From IMG/VR virus record IMGVR_UViG_3300045988_122168: 64,000 nucleotides of DNA; one strand, written 5' to 3'. Below the pieces are notes generated by a model that did no database searches, was not told the origin of the DNA, and saw only the letters and a list, made by a program, of their open reading frames with translations. This stretch comes from a virus. Shown here in pieces: positions 45,308 through 53,942 of the stretch (position 1 is its first letter; each line of letters opens with the position of its first letter). Made by a program: the position numbers and the translations under genes.

Positions 45308-46024
45308 ATGAGCGATATTATTAAAATTACAGGGGTGGATGGCAAACATGAAACAATGACATCCATACAAATTGCAGAGATAACAGGGAAACAACATTCT
45401 CATGTAATGCGTGATATTAGAAACGTATTAGACCAAGGGGTATCCGAATCCAATTTTGGATTGGGTTCATACACAGATGCTAACGGCATGGAACGTCCTT
45501 GTTACTTCCTAACTAAAAAGGGGTGTTTAATATTGGCTTCTGGATATGATGTAAAGTTGAGAGAGAAAATTATAGACAGATGGGAAGAGTTGGAATCAAC
45601 TCATTCTAAATTTGAGATTCCTCAATCGTTCTCCGAGGCGTTAATGCTTGCGGCTAAACAGGCAGAACAAATCGAGGCACAACAAAAACAACTGAAAGAA
45701 CAAGCCCCAAAGGTATTGTTCTCAGATGCGGTAGCCACTTCAACTAAATCATGTTCGATCCGTGAACTAGCCAAGTTAATCAAGCAAAATGGCGTAGACA
45801 CGGGAGAGAACAGGTTGTACGCATGGTTGAGAAATAACGGGTATCTGTGCAAGTTCGGTGAATCATACAACCAACCCACCCAAAAAGCGATGGAGATGGG
45901 ATTATTCGAGATCAAGAAGACATCTATCACCAAGCCTTCTGGTGATATTCTAGTTACTACGACCACGAAAGTAACGGGGAAGGGTCAGATTTATTTCGTG
46001 AATAAATTTCTAAATAGGAAATGA
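45308..46024 (+). CDS. Rha-family regulator with C-terminal ANT/KilAC antirepressor domain (238 aa)
   Basis: N-terminal TSIQIAEITGKQHSHVMRDIRNVL (Phage_pRha signature). C-terminal ELAKLIKQNGVDTGENRLYAWLRNNGYL...PTQKAMEMGLFEIK (KilAC/ANT). Confidence 0.75.
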   Translation: MSDIIKITGVDGKHETMTSIQIAEITGKQHSHVMRDIRNVLDQGVSESNFGLGSYTDANGMERPCYFLTKKGCLILASGYDVKLREKIIDRWEELESTHSKFEIPQSFSEALMLAAKQAEQIEAQQKQLKEQAPKVLFSDAVATSTKSCSIRELAKLIKQNGVDTGENRLYAWLRNNGYLCKFGESYNQPTQKAMEMGLFEIKKTSITKPSGDILVTTTTKVTGKGQIYFVNKFLNRK

Positions 46025-46028
46025 TACC

Positions 46029-46517
46029 ATGAAAGCGCTAACGATTAAACAGCCGTGGGCATCGTTGATAGTCCACGGGATTAAAGACATCGAGAACCGG
46101 ACGTGGAGAACGGATTATCGTGGCCCGTTATTGATTCATGCCTCCAAGACGATATACGGTGGCAACCTGAAAGGGTTTCTCAATAAAGAACAGTTGGAAG
46201 CGGTAGGAGAAGGGTACGATGAAGTGGTGAGAGAGCAATTGACTCACGTGGGAGCTATCATCGGGAGGGTTGATATTGTTGATTGCGTGGTAGACCACGA
46301 GTCGGTGTGGGCAGAACATGATGACGAGATATTTAATGTCTTATCCCCCACCTTCCCCCTTCCCAAGAAGCGTGTCGTGTACAACTGGGTACTGGCTAAC
46401 CCGGTGCAGTTCGTTAAACCCATCCCCTGCCCCGGCAAGTTATCCCTATGGGATTACGATTTGATCGACAGGATAGACGGGGAGACACGCCCGGTTTGTA
46501 ATTGTAGGTTACGATGA
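46029..46517 (+). CDS. ASCH (PUA-like) domain protein (162 aa)
   Basis: MKALTIKQPWASLIVHGIKDIENRTW...LLIHASK is the typical ASCH N-terminal signature. Confidence 0.75.
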   Translation: MKALTIKQPWASLIVHGIKDIENRTWRTDYRGPLLIHASKTIYGGNLKGFLNKEQLEAVGEGYDEVVREQLTHVGAIIGRVDIVDCVVDHESVWAEHDDEIFNVLSPTFPLPKKRVVYNWVLANPVQFVKPIPCPGKLSLWDYDLIDRIDGETRPVCNCRLR

Positions 46518-46559
46518 CGAGCCTGAAATGCGTCGTGGTAGAAGAAGACGGAGAATGTG

Positions 46560-46955
46560 ATGGGAAGGGATCGTTATTATTTCAGTAGCAAGACGTTCGA
46601 GGATTACCTTGACGAACATGGTCCTCACTTCTCCAAGAAGTTATGCGAGCTAGCTGTTAGCTGCATGGAGAACGCTGACGGTTCAAAGCACAGGTATTCC
46701 AAGGAGGAAGTCAAGGAACTTCTGAAAAGGAACGGGGTGACGGTAAAGAAGGCGAGCGAGTACGATTGTTGTTTCGTGGCCAACATGGCTTACGCCGATT
46801 TCTTTCCCGAGCCGTTGCGTAACGAGTTCGATATAGCGATGTACGTGAAAAAGTACATTGACGACCCGGACGGTTACGATGGGATAGCTTTTTCACGGTA
46901 TCTTGCCGACTTGAAAAGAACGGGCAAGTATATTGACTGGGAAGAGATGATTTAA
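46560..46955 (+). CDS. hypothetical protein (131 aa)
   Basis: ATG 46560 (track start 46557 is GTG). Last rightward gene before the convergent terminator. Confidence 0.55.
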   Translation: MGRDRYYFSSKTFEDYLDEHGPHFSKKLCELAVSCMENADGSKHRYSKEEVKELLKRNGVTVKKASEYDCCFVANMAYADFFPEPLRNEFDIAMYVKKYIDDPDGYDGIAFSRYLADLKRTGKYIDWEEMI

Positions 46956-47086
46956 AAAAACAAGACCTATGGACAAGATCATGTATTTAATAGAACTACT
47001 CGATGACGAATGCAATTTTTACACCTGTCAGGCGGTAGTGGTAAGACTTAGAGATATGGTTTGTGAATGGGTCAGTTAAGCGAGAA

Positions 47087-47118
47087 AAGGAGTGGTTAAT
47101 TCCACTCCTTCTTTTTTC
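47087..47118. terminator. bidirectional terminator at the convergence point of rightward and leftward blocks
   Basis: AAGGAGTGG (47087-47095) pairs with CCACTCCTT (47102-47110). CTTTTTT follows on the plus strand and a U-run follows on the minus strand. The stop codon of 47096..47425 lies in the loop. Confidence 0.6.
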
Positions 47119-47425
47119 TTGCCAGTTCCTCCCCCGCTTTTTTCGCCTTTTCTACCAGCGTTTCTTGAGAGAACCCGCTTGCCAGTATTCGAACGATAAC
47201 CGGGAGGATGTTAGGATTCTCCGAGAAATAAGATGCTATGGCGGGGGCCATGTCTCCCAGCTTGAAATCCGAGAACACGGACGATCTTAATTCTTGGAAT
47301 CCCTCGTCATTAACACTCTTCTCGAAAGACGTCACGAGTAAATACCCCACCCCCATCTCTCTCAGTTCACCTACCAGTTCCTGTAACTCTTTTAATTTTT
47401 TAGCTATTTCCTTTTCTTTTTCCAT
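47096..47425 (-). CDS. hypothetical protein (109 aa)
   Basis: ATG ORF and last gene of the leftward block. No motif recognised. Confidence 0.55.
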   Translation of the reverse strand: MEKEKEIAKKLKELQELVGELREMGVGYLLVTSFEKSVNDEGFQELRSSVFSDFKLGDMAPAIASYFSENPNILPVIVRILASGFSQETLVEKAKKAGEELARKKKEWN

Positions 47426-47426
47426 A

Positions 47427-47630
47427 TTATTGCTGTTTTGTGATTAACAGGACCATGAGGTCCCCTATGATATTGTTTATTATCTCCTTGGCGTCCATCC
47501 TCCCCCTCTTGTTGGAGACGGATTCTTGTATGGATGCAAGCCTGTTGTTGAATTCTGTCATCAGGCTGTTATTCAGGTCTATCGATTCCTGCAACCTGTC
47601 CATTTTACTTGCAAGTTCCTCGCTCGTCAT
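47427..47630 (-). CDS. hypothetical coiled-coil protein (67 aa)
   Basis: ATG 47630 forms an ATGA overlap with the stop of the upstream ATPase gene. The track start 47672 is GTG. Confidence 0.5.
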   Translation of the reverse strand: MTSEELASKMDRLQESIDLNNSLMTEFNNRLASIQESVSNKRGRMDAKEIINNIIGDLMVLLITKQQ

Positions 47631-48250
47631 TGCCTGAAAGATTGACCCGTGAACATTACCCTCTTGCAGCACGACTTGATCCTCTCTAGCGTCCTTTCCC
47701 CGTACCTGTCGATTATCCCCCTCGCGTTAAGGTTGGTGGACACGAGAACTAGGTTCCCGTTCTGTTCCGCCCTGTCCATGAGTTCGGGAAAAGCGTGCCT
47801 CTCGTTGCCGTAAGTCATGATCTTGGATTCCATCCCCACGTCATCGAGGCACACGATCTTCTTCTTCAACACGTCATCAAGGTTATCTCCTATCGAGGTC
47901 ATCGTGTAGTAAGATGCAACCTTCCCGTGTCTCTCGGCGAGGAGGGGGAATATATCACGAATGAACACCGTTTTCCCCCTCCCGTAAGTCCCGTACAGGA
48001 ATAATCCCCTCCCCTCGTTGTCAGACAACCATCCGGCAATCTCGTCATACTCGGGTATCCACTTGAAAGAACCTCCTATAAAGTGCGAGTAAGCGTTTTT
48101 AAGCCACTTTTCGCTCTCGGGTATAGAAATGTATATCCTCTTCTTGAAAATGGCTCCATGATTGTAAGAATAGCCTCTAGCGATCAATTCCCTGTCCATG
48201 ATTAAAACCTCTCGTAAATGTTGTTCAATGACGGGTAGTATGGAATCCAT
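47627..48250 (-). CDS. DnaC/IstB-like AAA+ ATPase (helicase-loader type, 207 aa)
   Basis: Walker A LYGTYGRGKT and Walker B IVCLDDVG. Size and motif spacing are typical of DnaC-like loaders. Confidence 0.65.
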   Translation of the reverse strand: MDSILPVIEQHLREVLIMDRELIARGYSYNHGAIFKKRIYISIPESEKWLKNAYSHFIGGSFKWIPEYDEIAGWLSDNEGRGLFLYGTYGRGKTVFIRDIFPLLAERHGKVASYYTMTSIGDNLDDVLKKKIVCLDDVGMESKIMTYGNERHAFPELMDRAEQNGNLVLVSTNLNARGIIDRYGERTLERIKSCCKRVMFTGQSFRQ

Positions 48251-48525
48251 ACCTTGTCGAGCTTACCCTTCCAGTTCTTGACCTCTTTGCCGTTAGAATC
48301 TATCCACTTCCCCTCCACCTTGCCCTCGTACGTGGTCCTTATTTTCTTCACGGTCTGTGACGTGCATACCTTTCCCTTGTCGTTGAAATACTGGATTATT
48401 TCCTCGTCAGTCGGGATAGTGAACGCTGCCATTCTCTTCTTGCACCCGGCTATCCACCTCTTGAGGTTCTTCTCCACCAGTTCCTCGTTTTCCTCAATCA
48501 GTTTCCTCGTCTCTTCCGAAATCAT
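48202..48525 (-). CDS. hypothetical protein (107 aa)
   Basis: ATG ORF overlapping both neighbours in a packed operon. No motif recognised. Confidence 0.5.
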   Translation of the reverse strand: MISEETRKLIEENEELVEKNLKRWIAGCKKRMAAFTIPTDEEIIQYFNDKGKVCTSQTVKKIRTTYEGKVEGKWIDSNGKEVKNWKGKLDKVWIPYYPSLNNIYERF

Positions 48526-48940
48526 GTCTCAACTTGTTATAGGTTTCACGAAAAGTCTTGTCGGTTAACATGAGCGATTCGAACTTGGCAATCGAGTGGT
48601 AGTAGTATTGTCTAGTCCTGCCCAGAATCTTGCAGGTCGTGTGCCTGTTATCGTACGAGTCATCGGCTAGCTTTATGAACGCTGTCACGGCACGCAGGAC
48701 GGGCAACTCTGCCCTTCCCCCCGCCATCGCTTCCATCGTTGTAACCCCGAAGGCCCGGCAACAAGCGTTGAGCAAGTCCATCATCTTGTCGTACATGGAT
48801 GGTTGTTTCTCGTTCTCGCCGTACATTATGTCTCCCACGTCTTGCTTGAAGTCATCGAACAACATCTTGAAGTTCCCCTTCGGGTGCTTCATCACGTCCT
48901 TGTACAGTAATTCTATCCTGTCGTCTAGTTCTTTTATCAT
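48494..48940 (-). CDS. DnaA-C-terminal-like HTH protein (148 aa), tentative
   Basis: ..LRAVTAFIKLADDSYDNRHTTCKILGRTRQYYYHSIAKFESLMLTDKTFRE resembles the DnaA domain IV pattern (R..AMYL......S...IG..FG.RDHTTV.H...K......D). Adjacent to the DnaC-like gene. Confidence 0.4.
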   Translation of the reverse strand: MIKELDDRIELLYKDVMKHPKGNFKMLFDDFKQDVGDIMYGENEKQPSMYDKMMDLLNACCRAFGVTTMEAMAGGRAELPVLRAVTAFIKLADDSYDNRHTTCKILGRTRQYYYHSIAKFESLMLTDKTFRETYNKLRHDFGRDEETD

Positions 48941-48941
48941 G

Positions 48942-49394
48942 TTATTTCAATCCACTTAACTCGTTCAACAAGTTTGAAAACTCTCTAGCGTACATCATGA
49001 CGATCCTTTCCGGTTGATCTTTCGCCGCTTTTAACCATTCCTGTCCAAGCGTGTCGCACAGCTTGCAGAATAACAGGGTGGCGTTGTTCAATGCAACGTT
49101 GGCGTTGATACCAGCCTCGTTAACCTTTCCTTTCCCACCCCCACCTCCACCACTGAAGGATGAAGGTGCCTCCGGGACGATCTTCACCTTGAAGCTGTCC
49201 GGCCTGTTCCCCGGTTCTATCGTGTAGTCAACCGTCTCGCCCACCTTGAAGGCGCAGTTGTTACCTTGTTTCGTCATGTTACCCCCCACGTCGCCGTTCT
49301 CGAAACGGACGGTCCACGTGTGAAAAACACCTTGTTTACCTACCCAGTCTTGTCCTTGAACGACACTGGTCACTTTTGATTTCTTCTGTTCCAT
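48942..49394 (-). CDS. hypothetical protein with glycine linker (150 aa)
   Basis: ATG ORF. A beta-rich N-terminal half, a GGGGGGKGK linker and a helical C-terminal half. An ssDNA-binding role is possible but unsupported. Confidence 0.55.
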   Translation of the reverse strand: MEQKKSKVTSVVQGQDWVGKQGVFHTWTVRFENGDVGGNMTKQGNNCAFKVGETVDYTIEPGNRPDSFKVKIVPEAPSSFSGGGGGGKGKVNEAGINANVALNNATLLFCKLCDTLGQEWLKAAKDQPERIVMMYAREFSNLLNELSGLK

Positions 49395-49442
49395 GTTAAT
49401 ACCTGAATGTTAGTTTATCAATTAACTCCCATAAATCTTCCG

Positions 49443-49592
49443 TCATGACTTCTCTTTTAAAAGTTCGACGTATTTCTTGTAGAAGATGCAGTCCTCACAT
49501 TCTTGCTCGTCAGAACCGCACCCGCTTATTTCCTTGCTACAAAACGCCTTGAACACTCTCTTGACGTCTTCAACGCTAACGAACTCTTCCAT
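49443..49592 (-). CDS. 49-aa cysteine-containing mini-protein (below track cutoff)
   Basis: MEEFVSVEDVKRVFKAFCSKEISGCGSDEQECEDCIFYKKYVELLKEKS. The ATG overlaps the upstream stop (TAATG). Confidence 0.45.
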   Translation of the reverse strand: MEEFVSVEDVKRVFKAFCSKEISGCGSDEQECEDCIFYKKYVELLKEKS

Positions 49593-49798
49593 TAGCTTAT
49601 CTCCCCGTGCGATATGCAATATCCTTGTTCCATGAGGAATACAAGATACTCGTGTTCTTTCGGGGAGGGAGAACCCTCTTTCAGTAACACGTCCCTGCCC
49701 TTGGCAACGTACCCGTGTCTTCTGAGGTACGCCATTGCCGTGTACCTCTTGTTGCGTGTTTTCTTGTCTACCCTTAATTTTAAACCTCTTTTACCCAT
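49592..49798 (-). CDS. small basic protein (68 aa)
   Basis: ATG 49798 lies 4 nt after the upstream stop (track start 49822 is TTG). MGKRGLKLRVDKKTRNKRY.. Confidence 0.5.
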   Translation of the reverse strand: MGKRGLKLRVDKKTRNKRYTAMAYLRRHGYVAKGRDVLLKEGSPSPKEHEYLVFLMEQGYCISHGEIS

Positions 49799-49802
49799 TT
49801 GC

Positions 49803-50078
49803 TTAATCTTTAAAACGTTCAACGTGTCTTCCAGATTTCCCGATAAACTTCAATATAACCTCGGCGTGCAAGTCTTCTTTCGCCTTGAACTTCATCTCTT
49901 CCCACAACGACAGGGTGACGGGTATCCTTCGTTCCTTCTTCCCGTTAATCTCGATGTACCAGATGTTGTCGTTATCTATCTCCCGGTCTATCGTGTGATG
50001 ATACTTGCTGTAAGTTGACACCGATCGTGGCGATTCGGGCTTCCTCACCCCCGGTCTCTTATATTCTTTTTGTTTCAT
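49803..50078 (-). CDS. hypothetical protein (91 aa)
   Basis: ATG ORF in a packed operon. No motif recognised. Confidence 0.55.
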   Translation of the reverse strand: MKQKEYKRPGVRKPESPRSVSTYSKYHHTIDREIDNDNIWYIEINGKKERRIPVTLSLWEEMKFKAKEDLHAEVILKFIGKSGRHVERFKD

Positions 50079-50958
50079 TGGCTATCTTGCACTTGAAAGG
50101 ACAGTTCTCGCAAGACGTCTCGTTGGGAGAAATCTGGTCCCACCCCTGCAAGACCAGCGTGTTGTAAACTATGGCCGCTTCTCTCGCCATGTCTTGACAC
50201 AATCCCAGTCTCTCCGCCGTGCAATCGAACCTGTAATCCCTAGTGTTAACTATGCCTTCCTTGTCAGGTCTAAGATCGGCCACGATGTAGAACACTTGCG
50301 GGTCCTTCATTGCGGCGTTCCAACCGTTGTAGAATAACTCCGGGTGTCTCCACTCGTTATACTTCCTTGTCTGGTGGTTTAACTTGAACGATCGGATGAT
50401 ATGATGGTGCATCAATCCCCTCACCTTGTTCACGAACCTTGGGTCACCCCAGCAAGATTCCGAACACTTGTCCGGGAAGGAGGGGGAGAAGTAAGTGCTA
50501 TCAACGTTACTTGTCAGGTACAGGATCAGGGAGGATAGCACCCCCTTGTAGTTACACGGGAAAACGTCAAGAGTGTCCTCGAACCATACCTTTATCCCGT
50601 TGAAATCGTTCACGTAAGATATTAAGGGCATGTTGGAGTTCACGTCGTTAACTATCGTCCCTCCCCTGAATAACACGGATTTCCAGAACCTTCCCCTCTC
50701 CAGTATTCGTATCTCGTTCGTTGACTTGTCCCCGTTAGATAATCGTTTCATCCTGCACTGGCTGCCATCACCTGTTATGATGGACTTGAAATAATCCTTC
50801 ATGGCCATCACCTCCCCGTTATCGTGCAGGACTATGGTCTTGTCAAGCAATCCCCTTATCTTCTTGGGACAGGCACGATGCGTGCTTATGATCTGGTCAT
50901 CGCAAACGTGTATACCGAACTCCTTGAAGAGCCTAGGCGTCATTATCAACTGCTCCAT
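50059..50958 (-). CDS. hypothetical protein (299 aa)
   Basis: ATG 50958 lies 1 nt after the upstream stop (track start 50988 is GTG). Cys/His-rich, with no motif recognised. Confidence 0.6.
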   Translation of the reverse strand: MEQLIMTPRLFKEFGIHVCDDQIISTHRACPKKIRGLLDKTIVLHDNGEVMAMKDYFKSIITGDGSQCRMKRLSNGDKSTNEIRILERGRFWKSVLFRGGTIVNDVNSNMPLISYVNDFNGIKVWFEDTLDVFPCNYKGVLSSLILYLTSNVDSTYFSPSFPDKCSESCWGDPRFVNKVRGLMHHHIIRSFKLNHQTRKYNEWRHPELFYNGWNAAMKDPQVFYIVADLRPDKEGIVNTRDYRFDCTAERLGLCQDMAREAAIVYNTLVLQGWDQISPNETSCENCPFKCKIANETKRI

Positions 50959-50959
50959 G

Positions 50960-51298
50960 TCACTCTTCCTCCTTGTTAAAGAAACCACAGTTCTTGCCCA
51001 CTAGCTCGTAATACACGTCAGTTTTGTCACGTCTCTCGCTAGCGTTACAGAACGGGACCTTGACGCAGCAATGATCGTTATAACCGGAGATGGAGGGGAA
51101 GAACCTCATGTCACATCTCAAGCACTTGTCGATATGATCCGACTTGTTGTACCTCTTCACCTTGAAGAGTATGCCCTTGCGTTTAATCACGCTCCCCACC
51201 GGGACGTGAGAGTTCCTGTAAGCGCTCCTTAACACGAAGAACAGGAATACCAGCAAGGCAATGGCTATTACAATGAATATAGTTATCATGTTTTCCAT
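50960..51298 (-). CDS. N-terminally anchored Cys-rich protein (112 aa)
   Basis: ATG ORF. ITIFIVIAIALLVFLFFVL is a TM segment, followed by several Cys. Confidence 0.55.
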   Translation of the reverse strand: MENMITIFIVIAIALLVFLFFVLRSAYRNSHVPVGSVIKRKGILFKVKRYNKSDHIDKCLRCDMRFFPSISGYNDHCCVKVPFCNASERRDKTDVYYELVGKNCGFFNKEEE

Positions 51299-51315
51299 TT
51301 AGTTTAATTATAATA

Positions 51316-51323
51316 CAAATATA
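51316..51323 (-). promoter_or_regulatory. -7 promoter box TATATTTG (leftward)
   Basis: Exact minus-strand TATATTTG, 17 nt upstream of the ATG at 51298, in a 70-nt gap. Confidence 0.5.
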
Positions 51324-51368
51324 CGTACTTTATTTGACACGTGTAATGATATAGGTAAATACTATAAA

Positions 51369-52010
51369 CTACTTGATATCATCTACTAGATTTATCTTTA
51401 CATGAGACAACTTGTAGTCAAGAATGTCCCATGCTGCCTGAATATCAGGCTCTTTCTCGAACACTAGTTCCACGTTATCGTGCTTGAAAGAATTAAGGAA
51501 CATGGTGGCGTGTCGAGCTATATTGGATATGTAGTTACTTTTCACTACGTAGTGGCACTTGAATTGCTCGCTGACGTAATTGCTGAAATCCTCCTCCTTG
51601 ATCTGGAAGTAGGAGGCCATGCTTATGATCAGCACGAGGAGGGCGAGGGTGGTTGTCTCGTTCGAGTCGTCTATTCTCTTGTCGAAGAACCTCTTGACGG
51701 AGTAGAAGAACACCGTGTAATCGTGTCTCATGTCATCGTACAGGTCATCTAGCTGGGTGGTCAGGAAATCCCTGTACTCCCTCCCCACCTCCATGTACCT
51801 GTGGTTTATCCACATCCTGATGTTTCTTTTCAGCTCGTTGCAGTGGAACTTGTTTTTCTTCACGTGAAGGCCGCTTTTCTTGACGTGATCTTCCAGTTCC
51901 ACGATGTAGTTTTCCATGATCTCGGCTAGAAAAGAAGTGAGGGTTAGATTGTAAACCCTCACGTTAATGTCTAGTTTCTCCTCGATCAGGGGGACCTTAA
52001 TGAATGCCAT
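51369..52010 (-). CDS. hypothetical protein (213 aa)
   Basis: ATG ORF. No motif recognised. Confidence 0.6.
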   Translation of the reverse strand: MAFIKVPLIEEKLDINVRVYNLTLTSFLAEIMENYIVELEDHVKKSGLHVKKNKFHCNELKRNIRMWINHRYMEVGREYRDFLTTQLDDLYDDMRHDYTVFFYSVKRFFDKRIDDSNETTTLALLVLIISMASYFQIKEEDFSNYVSEQFKCHYVVKSNYISNIARHATMFLNSFKHDNVELVFEKEPDIQAAWDILDYKLSHVKINLVDDIK

Positions 52011-52422
52011 ACTCTGACAGTTGATCCCAGAACATCTCCTTGTACGTGTCGGAGTAAGCGGCGAATCCCTCCCCGGAGAAGTTGTAATGATGGTGTAACT
52101 CGGTAACGTGTATCTTCTCTCCCTCTACCGTCACGAACCCGTCAAGGTCGCACAGCACGGTTTGGATCGGGGCGTTACTCTCTTTCGCCTCCTTGATGGA
52201 GATGTAATCCTTTGGCCACACCTTAACCACGTCGAGGCCGTAGATGTCCGTGTTGCCGTTTCTAAGGCACAGCACGGTAACGAGGTATCTCTGGTCCATC
52301 AAGAAGTTGGTTACCCCGAATTTCTTGTTGCTTACGTTCCAGAACATTATCCCGTCGGAGGTGGGTAGGAGGGTACTCGTTGACAAGTCCCACACCCGGA
52401 ACATTAATTTTCTCATGATCAT
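51997..52422 (-). CDS. hypothetical protein (141 aa)
   Basis: ATG ORF with a 14-nt overlap with the downstream gene. Confidence 0.6.
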   Translation of the reverse strand: MIMRKLMFRVWDLSTSTLLPTSDGIMFWNVSNKKFGVTNFLMDQRYLVTVLCLRNGNTDIYGLDVVKVWPKDYISIKEAKESNAPIQTVLCDLDGFVTVEGEKIHVTELHHHYNFSGEGFAAYSDTYKEMFWDQLSEYGIH

Positions 52423-52459
52423 TATTTTAGAAGTTTAAACTTGATGTAAAGATAAGAAA

Positions 52460-53149
52460 TTATCCCCACTGATCGGCCATTGCGTCAGCAATACCTTGAA
52501 ATGTCTTGCTCCTTAGTCTCTGCCTCTCTTCCTTTGGGAGAGAAATCGCATCGTAATACCATTTAGACATCTTTTTCCCACTTTTAGTTATCGCTATCTC
52601 CCCCTCACCCACGATGTTGGTGGGAGTCAACTTGGGAAGTCCCTTGAGCCATAAACAAGTCGCTTTCCGAGCCTCATGCCCGAACATGAAAGGTTGAACG
52701 ATTTGATCGGGCTTCCTGTAACATGTACTCATGATTCCCACGGGATTCTCTATGGCGATCTTCTCGATGTCAGATTTGACGAATTCCATGAAAAATTTCT
52801 TGCCATCATCCCTGTCCTTGGCCCTGTTAGGGTATCTGGGGTGAGGTCTTCTCTGCTCTACTGGTAGCCCCTTGTCTTCCGGGTGATAGTACCATGAAGC
52901 ACCGCTAGATGACAAGAAAGTGCATGGTGGGTGGGCAATCATCAAATCCCATTTATCTATCGTCACCTCCTGTCCCCCCTGCGTCTTGAACGTCCCGCCT
53001 TTCATCACTTCAAGAACGTCTCTCTTGATGTGGTATTCAGGATAACCGCCTGAACAATCTACTATATCACAACTGTAAGCGTTGTGTCCTTTCTTTCTAA
53101 AAGCGAGGCATACCGTTTGGCTTTCCTCGCAAGCTATTAAAACATTCAT
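52460..53149 (-). CDS. phage-type DNA methyltransferase-like protein (PPC motif; no clear AdoMet motif I)
   Basis: N-terminal VLIACEESQTVCLAFRKKGHNAYSCD and LMIAHPPCTFLS match a family of small phage proteins usually annotated as DNA cytosine methyltransferases. I cannot see a canonical F.G.G motif. Confidence 0.45.
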   Translation of the reverse strand: MNVLIACEESQTVCLAFRKKGHNAYSCDIVDCSGGYPEYHIKRDVLEVMKGGTFKTQGGQEVTIDKWDLMIAHPPCTFLSSSGASWYYHPEDKGLPVEQRRPHPRYPNRAKDRDDGKKFFMEFVKSDIEKIAIENPVGIMSTCYRKPDQIVQPFMFGHEARKATCLWLKGLPKLTPTNIVGEGEIAITKSGKKMSKWYYDAISLPKEERQRLRSKTFQGIADAMADQWG

Positions 53150-53853
53150 TTGTTATCTAGTAAGTCGTGTAAAAATTTTCTACCTTTCTCCGTCCACCGG
53201 GTCTGTATTTGTGTCCCCTGTTCCCCGTTAGCCATCATGTACGGGACGGACACGGTGTGAGTGTACCCGTTGCCTTGGTACTTGGCGTACAGTATCCACG
53301 CCCCACCCTGCCTGTATTGAACGCCCATCTTCGCCAGTCTAGCGTTTAACGTCTTGGCCGATAGACCGAACTCCTGCGCCACCTGGGTGGTGGTGTATGA
53401 ACTCTTCGATGACATCGCCTTGTCGAAATACTCGACCTTGGGGGCGGCCTCTTTTATCGTCTCCGTGAGCAACGTTTTCTCTTGCTCTAGCATCTCGATT
53501 CTTTGTTCCCTTCTCTTGATAGTCTCTTGGGCGATCATGACTGCTCTAGCCATTATCTCTTCCGGGGTATCATTGTTACTAGTAGACATATAACCGCCAT
53601 TCTTTCTTATAGCTGGTAAAACTTCTGATGTTACCCATTTACGGAAAGGCTTAACACGTGGAGATGAACTTTGCAATATCACGTCATAGAATCCAGATTC
53701 AGTAACAAAGTTTGCCATTGAATTACCAGTTATACCCTCACTAGAATTTAGGGCGTGTAAATCAATTAATTGCACATCGTCTTTGTCTAGCCTGTTTTTA
53801 ACTTCACTAGGATTTGTCAATTCTAATATGGTCTTTGAAACTCTGCACAGCAT
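53146..53853 (-). CDS. Bro-N / KilAC antirepressor-type protein (235 aa), N-terminus apparently short
   Basis: Bro-N core (ESGFYDVILQSSSPRVKPFRKWVTSEVLPAIRKNGGY) plus C-terminal KilAC/ANT (TTTQVAQEFGLSAKTLNARLAKMGVQYRQGGAWILYAKY). The usual first ~25 residues of Bro-N are missing. Confidence 0.7.
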   Translation of the reverse strand: MLCRVSKTILELTNPSEVKNRLDKDDVQLIDLHALNSSEGITGNSMANFVTESGFYDVILQSSSPRVKPFRKWVTSEVLPAIRKNGGYMSTSNNDTPEEIMARAVMIAQETIKRREQRIEMLEQEKTLLTETIKEAAPKVEYFDKAMSSKSSYTTTQVAQEFGLSAKTLNARLAKMGVQYRQGGAWILYAKYQGNGYTHTVSVPYMMANGEQGTQIQTRWTEKGRKFLHDLLDNK

Positions 53854-53942
53854 TATCTACATATTCTGCAAGAGCGTTCCATACCTTATTTTCGATGTAA
53901 CGAAAAGCAGAATAGACTAATGGCTTGGTAGCTATGGAAACT

